Shown here piece after piece: positions 17,930 through 25,962 of a stretch of 32,000 bases of DNA. The stretch spans positions 1,176,279 through 1,208,278 of the forward strand of contig OY969699.1 in the NCBI GenBank assembly GCA_963702025.1, in the 5' to 3' direction. Origin of the DNA: an uncultured bacterium. Lineage in GTDB: Bacteria > Babelota > Babeliae > Babelales > Vermiphilaceae. The notes beneath the pieces are model-generated. The model had not been told where the DNA came from and did no database searches. It saw nothing but the letters and a program-made list of their open reading frames with translations. The position numbers and the translations under genes were made by a program. Each line of letters begins with the position of its first letter. The first letter of the stretch is position 1.

Positions 17930-18964
17930 ATGCATGATATCAAAACCAAAATTACTCATTTACAAGCAGAACTGAAGGCCAAACTAGAACAGGCAACCTC
18001 TGCTGATCAGCTGGAAAAAATTCGCATCGACTATGTAGGTAGGCATGGCCACATTGCAACGCTCATGCCCCTTCTTAAAGATCTCCCGGAAGAAGAAAAA
18101 AAAGTAGTTGGCCCCTTACTTAATGAGTTAAAAAAATGGGCAGAGCAGGAATACGAAATACACAAAAATAAATGGGAAGAAAGCCAAAGACTGCAAGAAC
18201 TCAATAAACAAAAGTACTTTGATGTAACCGCCTATACCTATAAAGAATTTACCGGCAATCTGCACATTCTCACCAAAGTGGTAGAAGATCTAGAAGATAT
18301 CTTCATCACCATGGGATACGAAATCGCCCGCGGCCCAGAAGTGGTAACCGATTATTACAATTTCCAGGCGCTCAATATTCCTGCCAATCACCCTGCCCGC
18401 GAACTGCAAGACACCTTTTGGCTCACCGATCCTAATTATTTACTGCGAACACACACTTCAACGGTACAAATCGAACAGATGGAAAAAAAATCTTTGCCAC
18501 TTGCCATTTTTGCACCCGGCCGCGTGTATCGCAATGAGGCCACCGATGCTACTCATGATTTTATGTTCATGCAAGGTGAAGGACTTTTTATCGATAAAAA
18601 TATCTCATTGGCAAATCTTTTGGCAAGTGCAAAAGCTTTTTTACGGGCATTCTTTGAAAAAAATGATTTAGAAATTCGTGCTCGTCCGGGATATTTTCCG
18701 TTTGTTGAACCCGGTGTTGAAATTGATGCATCCTGCCCTTTTTGCAAAACAGGATGCTCCGTATGCAAATATACAACCTGGATCGAACTCATGGGAAGCG
18801 GCATGGTGCACCCGAATGTTCTGCGAATGTCTGGTATTGATCCTGAAATATACAGCGGTTTTGCTTGGGGGTTTGGTATTGAACGGTTAACCATGGTTAA
18901 ATACGGCATTACCGATGTTCGGTTGTTCAGAAGCGGTAAAATCGATTTCTTAAAGCAGTTTTAA
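17930..18964 (+). CDS. pheS: phenylalanine--tRNA ligase alpha subunit
   Basis: Class II aaRS motifs (HPARE.QDTFW, LLRTHTS, FAPGRVYRNE, GFAWGFGIERLTM) and the Cys knuckle CPFCKTGCSVCK seen in many bacterial PheS. Confidence 0.95.
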   Translation: MHDIKTKITHLQAELKAKLEQATSADQLEKIRIDYVGRHGHIATLMPLLKDLPEEEKKVVGPLLNELKKWAEQEYEIHKNKWEESQRLQELNKQKYFDVTAYTYKEFTGNLHILTKVVEDLEDIFITMGYEIARGPEVVTDYYNFQALNIPANHPARELQDTFWLTDPNYLLRTHTSTVQIEQMEKKSLPLAIFAPGRVYRNEATDATHDFMFMQGEGLFIDKNISLANLLASAKAFLRAFFEKNDLEIRARPGYFPFVEPGVEIDASCPFCKTGCSVCKYTTWIELMGSGMVHPNVLRMSGIDPEIYSGFAWGFGIERLTMVKYGITDVRLFRSGKIDFLKQF

Positions 18965-18965
18965 T

Positions 18966-19811
18966 ATGAAAATAACAAAGGTAATTATCCCGGCGGCAGG
19001 ATGGGGAACACGATTTTTGCCTTTCACCAAAGCAGTGCCCAAAGAGATGGTACCGCTGTTGAATAAACCGGCGATTCAGTACATTGTGCAAGAAGCGGTT
19101 GATTCTGGGATAAATAACTGCATTGTGATAACGTCTGCCCATAAACAGGCGCTTATTAATTACTTTAGTCCGCAACCAGCACTTGAGGGTTTTTTACAAG
19201 AAAAAAATAAACTTTCATTACTTACTGGGTTACAAAATCTGTGCAATTCAGTAACCATGGGCTATATCATACAAGAAACAGCGCTCGGTTTAGGTCACGC
19301 GGTTGGCCTTGCCAAAAATAAGATCACTGATGATTATTGTGCCGTTATGCTGCCCGATGACATTATGGTGAGTACCCCCCCGGCACTCGCGCAACTGATA
19401 ACAATTGCGCAAACCTACAAAGCAAGCGTTATTGCCGTGCAAGAAGTGCCTGATAATGCCGTTTCTTCCTATGGCATTGTTGCGATAAAAAAGCAGATTG
19501 AGCCCGGGATTTTTGAGGTTAGTAGCGTTGTTGAAAAACCCACGGTGGCAAATGCGCCGTCACGGCTTGCTATTATTGGCAGATACATACTTTCTCAAAA
19601 AATATTTAAAGCACTAGATGAACTTAAACCGGCAGCAAACGGTGAAATACAGTTAACCGATGCAATCGCTTCATTAATCGCCAGCGGTGAAAAAGTCCTT
19701 GCCTACACGGTACAGGGAACTCGGTACGATGTAGGAACTCCTCACGGCTGGCTCACTGCCAATAGGGACATGGCACGTCACAATCCAGCATTTTCAGATA
19801 TTTTCGAATAA
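18966..19811 (+). CDS. galU: UTP--glucose-1-phosphate uridylyltransferase
   Basis: N-terminal VIIPAAGWGTRFLPFTKAVPKEMVPLLNKPAIQYIVQEA and the later VEKP, IIGRYIL and LTDA motifs. The ATG is 1 nt after the pheS stop. Confidence 0.9.
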   Translation: MKITKVIIPAAGWGTRFLPFTKAVPKEMVPLLNKPAIQYIVQEAVDSGINNCIVITSAHKQALINYFSPQPALEGFLQEKNKLSLLTGLQNLCNSVTMGYIIQETALGLGHAVGLAKNKITDDYCAVMLPDDIMVSTPPALAQLITIAQTYKASVIAVQEVPDNAVSSYGIVAIKKQIEPGIFEVSSVVEKPTVANAPSRLAIIGRYILSQKIFKALDELKPAANGEIQLTDAIASLIASGEKVLAYTVQGTRYDVGTPHGWLTANRDMARHNPAFSDIFE

Positions 19812-19816
19812 AAACA

Positions 19817-19855
19817 CCCTACGATACGCGTTAAACCGCTACTCAGGGCAAACGG
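19817..19855 (+). repeat. structured repeat, copy b (degenerate, solo)
   Basis: CCC-TACGATAC-GCG-TTAAAC-CGC-TACTCA-GGG-CAA-ACGG, beginning 5 nt after the galU stop. Confidence 0.55.
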
Positions 19856-19923
19856 ATCTCATAATTATTGCAATTTGAATATTTTTCATGATACTCTCTA
19901 CAGTGAACATAGGGGAGCGGATC

Positions 19924-20139
19924 ATGAAAATAGTAAATTTTGGTTTAATAATTAGTTTAATAATTTCAGTTGTATCATACGGTTGTCCAACATGCGTGGG
20001 GAAAATAAAGGCCGAAAGTTTAGCTTTTTTTTCTAACGATTTTTATCAACCAAACCAACCAATACCGCGCGAAAACAAAGAACAAGTTGGCCATAAAGAA
20101 CTCAAAAAAATATTCACCAAGAAGGAGGTTCGCCAATGA
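19924..20139 (+). CDS. small membrane-anchored/secreted CxxC protein
   Basis: Start moved to the ATG at 19924, preceded by GGGGAG. N-terminal hydrophobic helix ends SYGCPTC. 71 aa. Confidence 0.45.
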   Translation: MKIVNFGLIISLIISVVSYGCPTCVGKIKAESLAFFSNDFYQPNQPIPRENKEQVGHKELKKIFTKKEVRQ

Positions 20140-20390
20140 AGTTGCAACTCTTTTTGTTATTATTGATTTCGTTTGATATCTATGCTTCTTTCGGTTGCAT
20201 GGATTGCAGTTGGCATATGCAACAGAGATACGACAACAAAGAATACCATGTTGTTACTCGTGCAATGGGCAAACATGAAACATGTTGCCCCTGCCCGTGC
20301 AGAAAACTCAGTTTAAGCCGCGGCGAATGCCAAGACTGCCACCATTACCATTATGTGCAACCATGGGTAATAATTAGATATAAAAAGTAA
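20136..20390 (+). CDS. small Cys/His-rich secreted or membrane-anchored protein
   Basis: Strong AAGGAGG Shine-Dalgarno and an ATGA overlap with the previous ORF. Hydrophobic N-terminus ends SFGCMDC, followed by CCPCPC, CQDC and HHYHY (8 Cys and 6 His in 84 aa). Confidence 0.55.
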   Translation: MKLQLFLLLLISFDIYASFGCMDCSWHMQQRYDNKEYHVVTRAMGKHETCCPCPCRKLSLSRGECQDCHHYHYVQPWVIIRYKK

Positions 20391-20393
20391 CTA

Positions 20394-22772
20394 TTATTTC
20401 TTATACCGCATTAAAAATGGCACTATCGCATCAGGATTTAATGAAACTGATTCAATGCCCAGTTCAATAAGAAAATCGGCAAGCTCCGGATAGTCCGATG
20501 GTGCTTGACCACAAATCCCGCTATATTTCCCAGCTCTTTTTGCGCCGGCAATAGCCAGCTCAAACATTTTTTTCATCGCCGGATCCCGTTCATCAAAAAC
20601 CCCGGCAAGCAAGGGAGAGTCGCGATCCACGCCCAAAGTTAATTGTGTAAGATCATTAGAGCCGATTGAGATACCGTCAAAATCCTGTAAAAATTCATCA
20701 ATCAGCATAACATTTGAGGGAACTTCACACATCATGATAATGGATAAATCATGCTGTTTTTGTATCAAATTATTTGTAGCCATCTCTTCAATAACTTTCT
20801 TTCCCTCAGCAAGTGTGCGCACAAATGGGATCATAACTTTTATATTGGTAAGCCCCATAATTTCACGGGCTTTTTTAAGCGCCGAACATTCCAAGGCAAA
20901 TGCGTGTTTATAACGATCCGCACAATATCTGATCGCGCCACGAAACCCAATCATCGGATTTTCTTCATGCGGCTCAAAGTATTGCCCACCCAGTAAATTA
21001 CTGTATTCGTTGGTTTTAAAATCGGAGGTGCGGACAATTACCGGACGCGGGAAAAATGCTGCGGCAATCGTAGCAATTCCTTGGGCAAGTGTATCAATAT
21101 AAAATTCTTTTTTATCCGCATAGCCGGCCGTAATTTCATTAATCTGCCGTACCATTTTTTTATCGGTAACAATCTCGGGGTATAATAAGGCGAGCGGATG
21201 TATTTTTATCGTATTGGTAATAATAAACTCAATCCGCGCAAGCCCGATCCCATCAACTGGTAAAAAAGATAATGCAAAGGCACGTTCCGGGTCAGCCAAA
21301 TTCATTAAAAGTTGCACCGGCGGTTTTGGTAATACATCCAGAAGAATCTCTTTTTTTTCATAGGCGACAGCGCCTTCATACACATAGCCGGTAATTCCTT
21401 GGGAACAATCGATGGTAATGGTTTGGCCATTGTGTAATATCGACATTGCATCATGAACCCCCACAAGGGCCGGGATTCCCAATTCTCTGCTCACAATTGC
21501 CGCATGACAAGTTCTGCCTCCCATTTGGGTGATAATCCCCGCAGCCTTTTTGAGAAGCGGTACCCAATCAGGATCGGTCATGCGCGTTACAATAATGTCC
21601 CCTTTTTCAACTTTATCAGCCTCCCTTATACTCTCAAGATGGCACACTTTGCCGCTCACAATCTGTTGGCCAATACTCTGACCGTGTGCCAGCACTTTAA
21701 TTTTGGAAGTATCAGTAAATGTATAATTAGTATATGAAAGCCCTTTTTCTTGGGCATGCACCGTTTCGGGCCGCGCTTGCACAATATACAGCATATTATC
21801 AATGCCATCCTTTGCCCACTCAACATCCATAGGGCACCAGGATCCTTTTTGATCGGTATACAATTTCTCAATGGCGCACACCGATTTTGTCAGTTCCAGA
21901 ATTTCATCATCAGTTAAGCAAAATTGCTCTTGCTGCGCCGCCGGCACCGCGGTTTGCATAGTGCCTTTTGGTTTATAGACAATTTTAATCTGCTTACTGC
22001 CACGTTTTTTAGAAATAATTGGCTTGAGGTCATCACGCAAGGTCGGCTTAAATACGATATATTCATCAGGTACCACAAGCCCTTGCACAATTGCTTGGCC
22101 AAGCCCATATGAAGCATTGATAACAACCACATCTTTAAAGCCGCTTTCGGTATCCAAAGAAAAGGCAACACCCGAAGAAGCTTTATCGGATCGCACCATT
22201 TTTTGTACCGCAATAGAAAGAGCAATCTTTTTATAATCAAAACCTTTGTCATTGCGATACACCATCGCGCGATCGGTAAAAAGAGAGGCAAAACATTTTT
22301 TGCATGCATCAATAAGTTCATCCTTGCCACTAATATTTAGGTATGATTCCTGCTGACCGGCAAACGAAGCAGACGGAAGATCTTCGGCAGTTGCTGACGA
22401 ACGCACGGCAACATGAATATTTTTTTGTTGATACTCTTTTGCCAATCCGTGATAGGCAGCATATATTTCTTCGGCAAGATCGGCAGGCATCGGGGCAATA
22501 TGAAATAGATTGCGTATTAAATGGCCCACTTTGTGGATCTTATCAAGATCGGCAAAATCATGAATATCATCCATCATTTTTTCTATATGCGGCATGAGCC
22601 CATTCGCATTAACAAAATGCCAGTATGCATCGGCGGTAATCGCAAAACCGTTGGGCACTTTAACTCCGTGAGAACTGAGCCGTGAATACATATAGCCAAG
22701 CGATGCGGTTTTGCCGCCAACCAAGCCAACATCGCTAATCGTAATTTCAGAAAATTGCTTAATAAATTTCAT
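20394..22772 (-). CDS. ppsA: phosphoenolpyruvate synthase (pyruvate, water dikinase)
   Basis: N-terminal ..DVGLVGGKTASLG.M, phospho-His region GGRTCHAAIVSRELGIPA, and a C-terminal PEP-utilising TIM-barrel (GIGLARIEF, GSNDLTQ). The start is set at MKFIKQF (22772), giving 792 aa. Confidence 0.92.
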   Translation of the reverse strand: MKFIKQFSEITISDVGLVGGKTASLGYMYSRLSSHGVKVPNGFAITADAYWHFVNANGLMPHIEKMMDDIHDFADLDKIHKVGHLIRNLFHIAPMPADLAEEIYAAYHGLAKEYQQKNIHVAVRSSATAEDLPSASFAGQQESYLNISGKDELIDACKKCFASLFTDRAMVYRNDKGFDYKKIALSIAVQKMVRSDKASSGVAFSLDTESGFKDVVVINASYGLGQAIVQGLVVPDEYIVFKPTLRDDLKPIISKKRGSKQIKIVYKPKGTMQTAVPAAQQEQFCLTDDEILELTKSVCAIEKLYTDQKGSWCPMDVEWAKDGIDNMLYIVQARPETVHAQEKGLSYTNYTFTDTSKIKVLAHGQSIGQQIVSGKVCHLESIREADKVEKGDIIVTRMTDPDWVPLLKKAAGIITQMGGRTCHAAIVSRELGIPALVGVHDAMSILHNGQTITIDCSQGITGYVYEGAVAYEKKEILLDVLPKPPVQLLMNLADPERAFALSFLPVDGIGLARIEFIITNTIKIHPLALLYPEIVTDKKMVRQINEITAGYADKKEFYIDTLAQGIATIAAAFFPRPVIVRTSDFKTNEYSNLLGGQYFEPHEENPMIGFRGAIRYCADRYKHAFALECSALKKAREIMGLTNIKVMIPFVRTLAEGKKVIEEMATNNLIQKQHDLSIIMMCEVPSNVMLIDEFLQDFDGISIGSNDLTQLTLGVDRDSPLLAGVFDERDPAMKKMFELAIAGAKRAGKYSGICGQAPSDYPELADFLIELGIESVSLNPDAIVPFLMRYKK

Positions 22773-22959
22773 GGTAACCAAACAGAGTAAATGGGGTGTT
22801 AAATAACTCTCAGGATACAAATGAAAAAAATGATAGACAACTCTTTTTAAAAAAGGCCGTATTTTAGCAATCTTTTGTTGACACTCAATAGGGCATCTTG
22901 TATCATAAATGCACGGTTTTAACGCGCATTTCTTCATCGCATATAAGGAGATTATATAT

Positions 22960-23499
22960 ATGCAACTCATGGCTCGTCATAAATGTATCATTGCTTCTTT
23001 AGTCTTTGGTCTTATTACGCCCTTAGCGAGAGCAGAGGATCCCAAACCTAAATTCGACGAAATACATTTTACCCCAATGGGTTACCTTGTTGCGGGAATT
23101 CTGGGCAGTGCTTTATATCTCTACACCCAATTAAATTACAAAAAAACTGAACCAAAGCGCGTCTACCCAAAAGATGATTCATGGCTTGAACTGTTCAAAT
23201 ATATTCATGATGAACTATTAGTTGGGCAACGATATTTGCCTGACCGAGCAGCAGCATGTCATCAAGATCCGGAAAACCCAGAACGCATGATCAACGAATA
23301 TACCAAAGTTGAAGCACGCGGACTTGCTGGTCAAACGCAATATTATATGGAAAAAGTTGTCTGGCCTACTGTTGTTCTTATGGTTGCTATTAATGCATTT
23401 AAACAAGCAATTGGTGCAAACACTGATGCGTTCATTAAATTTGTAAATGACCCTAAGAAACTTGTTGAGATTGTGCCACCCGCAGCAAAAGCATCATAA
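22960..23499 (+). CDS. hypothetical membrane protein (signal peptide plus hydrophobic segments)
   Basis: TAAGGAG Shine-Dalgarno and a start at ATG 22960. Signal ASLVFGLITPLARA. Hydrophobic segments GYLVAGILGSALYLY and VVWPTVVLMVAINAF. Confidence 0.55.
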   Translation: MQLMARHKCIIASLVFGLITPLARAEDPKPKFDEIHFTPMGYLVAGILGSALYLYTQLNYKKTEPKRVYPKDDSWLELFKYIHDELLVGQRYLPDRAAACHQDPENPERMINEYTKVEARGLAGQTQYYMEKVVWPTVVLMVAINAFKQAIGANTDAFIKFVNDPKKLVEIVPPAAKAS

Positions 23500-23522
23500 C
23501 TCTTAATTACGGAGAATATTCT

Positions 23523-24128
23523 ATGTTACTATCATTAAAACGAACTGTTCTGGTTATCGTAGCAAGCGGATTTTCTTTGATCTGCCACGCGCAAGAACCG
23601 GCCAAAAAAGAAGAAACAACCTTATCTAAAATTACAGATCAAGTATTTACAACAATAAAATCAGAAGGCCCTGCACTAGCAGTTTTGGGTCTATTGTTTT
23701 ATCTCGGGACTTGCGCAAATCTTCCTACAACAAGAGACAAAAACGATAATATCATTTCTAGCATGCCTACAAGCTTCATGGAAAAGCTATGCCATGAACT
23801 GGGCAAGGCAATTATAACTCCGTGGGCCTGGGGTGAAAAGAATAAACTTATTATCCCGCCAGCACTTGCGGGTTGGGCGTTAGTACGTTTTGGACCGGAT
23901 AAAGCAATTAACAAATTTCATGATTTTATGAGATTCCTCAACATGAAATATGGCATTCTCAATCCCGCAATTAATATTCCGGCAGAAACGCCAGCGCCAA
24001 CTACTCCGGCTTGGGCAAAAGACATCTTAGCACAACAATCAGAAATTAAACGTGAGCTCGCTGAAATGCAAAAACGTATGAATGGCACTAATATCCCAGA
24101 AAATGCAGTTGAAATAAAAGCTGCATAA
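23523..24128 (+). CDS. hypothetical membrane protein (same topology as the previous gene)
   Basis: GGAGA Shine-Dalgarno. Signal VLVIVASGFSLICHA, then a hydrophobic segment PALAVLGLLFYLGTC. The C-terminus is Pro/Thr-rich and then helical. Confidence 0.55.
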   Translation: MLLSLKRTVLVIVASGFSLICHAQEPAKKEETTLSKITDQVFTTIKSEGPALAVLGLLFYLGTCANLPTTRDKNDNIISSMPTSFMEKLCHELGKAIITPWAWGEKNKLIIPPALAGWALVRFGPDKAINKFHDFMRFLNMKYGILNPAINIPAETPAPTTPAWAKDILAQQSEIKRELAEMQKRMNGTNIPENAVEIKAA

Positions 24129-24143
24129 TTCAAAGTAAAACCG

Positions 24144-24174
24144 AAAAAGAGCCGAGTAATTCTCGGCTCTTTTT
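24144..24174 (+). terminator. rho-independent terminator
   Basis: AAAAAGAGCCGAG / CTCGGCTCTTTTT form a perfect 13-bp stem with a TAATT loop. The A-run and T-run allow function in either direction. Confidence 0.65.
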
Positions 24175-24214
24175 CTTAGTATCAAAATAATCCACGTACA
24201 AAAGGTGATTCGTT

Positions 24215-25450
24215 ATGAAAAATAAAATAATCCTCCTCACACTCGGCATAATTTTTCCCTTTAGCATTAGTGCTATTAATTGGACCCCCTTTGCAAATTT
24301 TGTTAATCAAATTGAAAAACGTGACCTGGCAATCGGTGCTGTGACCCTGACGGTTGGTGGTCTAAGCGGGGTTCTTATCAACAATAAGTATAATGCCAAT
24401 GCACTTGCACTTGAAAATTTAAAAATCAAACAAAATAAAGAAAAACAAATAGAACTCCGCAAAAAACAAGAAGAAGAAAAAGCTGAACGGATCAAGCAAG
24501 AAGAACAAGACAGAAAAAATAAAATTGAACAACAAAAAAAGGATGCGCACAGTTTGCTTGATCATATAAAAAATCATTATAACCAGCAGTTTTCTCTTCT
24601 AGCATCAGAAAGGCTTGATCATGATAAGCAAGCTTTTATTAATAGCATAAGAAGTATGTATAACAGTCGGCCATTTTTAACGTTTTATCAGTCTCTTGAA
24701 ACGGATATATTACAGTTAAAAGCCGCGGAAAATATCATACCAGAAAAAGAAACGGTACGAATCGAGCTTGCTGAGAAACTCGAAAAAATAAAAAATAACT
24801 ACAATCTTATGCTTGCTGACCATCAGGAAATTGAGCAACAGAAAAACGATCAATTAAAAAGGCTCGCTGAAGAACATCAACGCAAAAAACAAAAAGAAGA
24901 TCTTGAGCTTGAGAAAATACGTAATGACGAACGTTTTAAAAAAAATAAAGAAGAGATGGAGCTTGAAAAATTACGAATCGAGCAACGGCATGCGCGAGAA
25001 AAAGCGCAATTAGAGCTTGAAAAGCTTCATGCAGAAATTGCGTATTACAAAACATCTAAGCAGGATATAACCAAAGAACTCGAGGCAATTAAACACGAAC
25101 TAAAAAACCGTGACAAAATGCAACCGTCATGGGCAGCAGAATTTACGCGACTCATAAAAGATGAGATTACGACATTAAAAAAACGTATGGACACGGTGGA
25201 AAATTCAATCGTTGGCAATATTGCGAGTTTCAAAAAAGATGTTGCTGATGTTAAAAAAGATGTTAGAGATTTCAAGCAAATCCTTGAAAAAAATCAGCCA
25301 CAGTCATATATATTGCCACCGCCCTATAATCCAGCGGCACAGCAACCATACAATTCACCAGTTCCGTCACATCAACCACCACCAAGTTTTGGGTATGGTG
25401 AAACACAAACTAACCCGGACATGGTAGCCATTCCGGTGCCAAGAAGCTAG
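24215..25450 (+). CDS. membrane-anchored coiled-coil protein with Pro-rich C-terminus (PPPY)
   Basis: AAGGTGA Shine-Dalgarno, N-terminal signal/TM plus a second hydrophobic segment, and about 300 aa of Lys/Glu/Gln-rich heptad-like sequence. Three 18-aa LELEK repeats. C-terminus ILPPPYNPAAQQPYNSPVPSHQPPPSFGYG. Confidence 0.65.
   Translation: MKNKIILLTLGIIFPFSISAINWTPFANFVNQIEKRDLAIGAVTLTVGGLSGVLINNKYNANALALENLKIKQNKEKQIELRKKQEEEKAERIKQEEQDRKNKIEQQKKDAHSLLDHIKNHYNQQFSLLASERLDHDKQAFINSIRSMYNSRPFLTFYQSLETDILQLKAAENIIPEKETVRIELAEKLEKIKNNYNLMLADHQEIEQQKNDQLKRLAEEHQRKKQKEDLELEKIRNDERFKKNKEEMELEKLRIEQRHAREKAQLELEKLHAEIAYYKTSKQDITKELEAIKHELKNRDKMQPSWAAEFTRLIKDEITTLKKRMDTVENSIVGNIASFKKDVADVKKDVRDFKQILEKNQPQSYILPPPYNPAAQQPYNSPVPSHQPPPSFGYGETQTNPDMVAIPVPRS
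24902..25063 (+). repeat. three tandem 54-nt (18-aa) coding repeats
   Basis: cttgagcttgagaaa at 24902, atggagcttgaaaaa at 24956 and ttagagcttgaaaag at 25010. Each unit begins with (L/M)ELEK. Confidence 0.6.
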
Positions 25451-25497
25451 TGTAGTAATTAAGGCTTAAGATAAAAACTAGAGACACAATTGAAAAA

Positions 25498-25549
25498 GGC
25501 CGCTCGTGGTGAGTAGGCTCTGCAAGAGCCGTATCGAATCCATGCGGCC
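25498..25549 (-). repeat. structured repeat, copy c (complete, inverted orientation)
   Basis: The reverse complement reads GGCCGC-A-TGG-ATTCGATAC-GGCTCT-TGC-AGAGCC-TACTCA-CCA-CGA-GCGGCC. It ends 17 nt before the GIY-YIG ATG. Confidence 0.75.
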
Positions 25550-25566
25550 TAAAAATTTAAGATATT

Positions 25567-25854
25567 ATGAATTGCTTTTATGTATATATTTTAAGATGCA
25601 ATGATAGCTCTTATTATGTCGGACATACTGATAATATTGAAAAAAGAATTGCAGAGCATGTCTCAGGTTCTTATCCCGGTTATACACAAACGCGTTTACC
25701 TATAGAGCTTGTTTATATGCAAGAGTTTGCAAGCCGTGATGAAGCCCTCAACGCAGAACATCAAATAAAGAAATGGAATCGAAAGAAAAAGGAAGCACTT
25801 ATTGACAATGATTGGAACTCTTTAAAATTGTTAGCGAAAAAGAAATTCTATTGA
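25567..25854 (+). CDS. GIY-YIG nuclease family protein (small stand-alone YhbQ/UPF0213-like type)
   Basis: FYVYIL (GIY), YYVGHT (YIG), KRIAEH (Arg) and NAEHQIKKW (Glu) in the canonical order; 95 aa. No obvious Shine-Dalgarno. Confidence 0.85.
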   Translation: MNCFYVYILRCNDSSYYVGHTDNIEKRIAEHVSGSYPGYTQTRLPIELVYMQEFASRDEALNAEHQIKKWNRKKKEALIDNDWNSLKLLAKKKFY

Positions 25855-25866
25855 TGAATGTTTATT

Positions 25867-25920
25867 AAACCCGCATGGTTCGATATGATTGCTTCGCAAT
25901 CACTCACCACGAGCGGGTTT
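25867..25920 (+). repeat. structured repeat, copy d (complete, forward orientation)
   Basis: AAACCCGC-A-TGG-TTCGATAT-GATTGC-TTC-GCAATC-ACTCA-CCA-CGA-GCGGGTTT. It starts 12 nt after the GIY-YIG stop. Confidence 0.75.
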
Positions 25921-25962
25921 TATGATTAACTTTTACAATTCTTACCTTGAAGATAATCTTAT

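Larger units (their letters stand above)
25498..25920 (+). mobile_element. candidate 423-bp cassette: GIY-YIG gene flanked by inverted structured repeats
   Basis: Copies c and d are in inverted orientation and sit 17 nt upstream and 12 nt downstream of the ORF. No target-site duplication is visible. Mobility is inferred, not shown. Confidence 0.35.

Noticed and set aside
21914-22330. Long overlapping ORFs inside known genes. Examples are 1332-1682, 8492-8875, 15340-15699, 21914-22330, 26506-27165, 27750-28037 and 29622-29891.
   Set aside because: All lie inside confidently identified CDSs, either antisense or in another reading frame of the same strand, and have skewed composition. They are treated as shadow ORFs.
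22773-22970. 66-codon N-terminal extension of ppsA in the ORF track
   Set aside because: The extension is Cys- and aromatic-rich with no counterpart in PpsA. The canonical N-terminus begins at MKFIKQF (22772), giving the usual ~792 aa. The extension would also overlap the divergent gene start at 22960.
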